In this document: positions 63,451 through 64,000 of the stretch, one piece after another | How the letters are laid out: each line of letters begins with the position of its first letter | Position numbering within the stretch: the stretch's first letter is position 1 | From: Lama guanicoe | Lineage: Eukaryota | DNA length: 64,000 nt | Assembly (NCBI GenBank): GCA_013239625.1 | Contig: MU053652.1 | Coordinates: forward strand, 2,234,001-2,298,000 | Direction: 5' to 3' | Notes under the pieces: generated by a model | What the model was told of the DNA's origin: nothing | The model's database searches: none | The model's input: the letters and a program-made list of their open reading frames with translations, nothing else | Made by a program: the position numbers and the translations under genes

Positions 63451-63537
63451 AGTTGATACAGGCAACACCGCAACAGCTGTTGCCCCAACAGCCACAGCAG
63501 AAACAGACACCAGCAGCCTCAACAGCAGAAGACGCAG
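63451..63537 (+). other. Candidate spliced exon (87 nt, frame-preserving)
   Basis: Long polypyrimidine tract with CTCAC branch-like motifs ending 'ctttgtAG', and donor 'CAG|GTGAGC'. Length is a multiple of 3 and two frames are open. Confidence 0.5.
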
Positions 63538-64000
63538 GTGAGCAGTGACACTCTTAGCAGAAGCTTTCCCTTGTCTTCATTTCAGGAAGTAAGAGAAGCT
63601 ACGCCAAGTGATGGGGAAGGGTCTGGCTGCTCTAGAATCTCAGCTCTCCTCCAGAAGCCTGGCACTGGGCACAGGAGATGCCATGAATACACACACCAGC
63701 CGGGTGGCTTCCAGCTGGCACAGGGAGAGGCACCCTCAGCACTGCTGGGAGGAGCTGGGGAGGAAAGGGCCAGAGCCAGCTCCTGGCTAGGGCTGAGATG
63801 CAGCCACGACAAGACGGGAGGATCTCGAAGCCATAAGGTAGCCCCGTGGAGTTGGACACAATCTCTAACAAGGAAATCCATCTGTCTTCGAGACTCAGGG
63901 AGGGAGAATCCTTTCCTGAAGGTCACATGGTGGTGGGATGGAAAAGCCAAACTTTTCCAAAGGACTCAGGGTCTACTTCAGAGAGCTGGAAACAGAAACA

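Noticed and set aside
1..64000. CRISPR arrays, operons, rRNA or prokaryotic defence systems
   Set aside because: The sequence is mammalian and repeat-rich. I saw no regularly spaced direct repeats, dense ORFs or rRNA similarity.

Overview
Mammalian nuclear DNA, most likely camelid: it carries three tRNA-derived SINEs of the Vic-1 type and young artiodactyl-type L1 3' ends. I see no recognisable intact protein-coding gene, RNA gene or prokaryote-style system. The only clear protein homology in the ORF track is decayed L1 ORF2 reverse transcriptase. Much of the window is old interspersed repeat: L1, L2, L3/CR1, MIR, MaLR/ERVL/ERV1 solo LTRs and MER DNA transposons. Family names are from memory of consensus sequences, and edges are approximate unless a target-site duplication (TSD) is given. 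Four non-repeat signals stand out. (1) An element at about 20.0-20.5 kb with roughly 47% GC but no CpG depletion, dense in MYB-type (TAACG/CGTTA) palindromes and with RFX-like motifs nearby; it may be a germline (A-MYB-type) promoter. (2) A chain of plus-strand exon-like segments downstream (23.6, 43-45, 60.7 and 63.5 kb), partly phase-compatible but with stops; this suggests a spliced lncRNA or a decaying unitary pseudogene. (3) A canonical RFX X-box at 14987. (4) Two enhancer-like motif clusters at 47.6 and 57.6 kb. All functional readings are inference from sequence alone.
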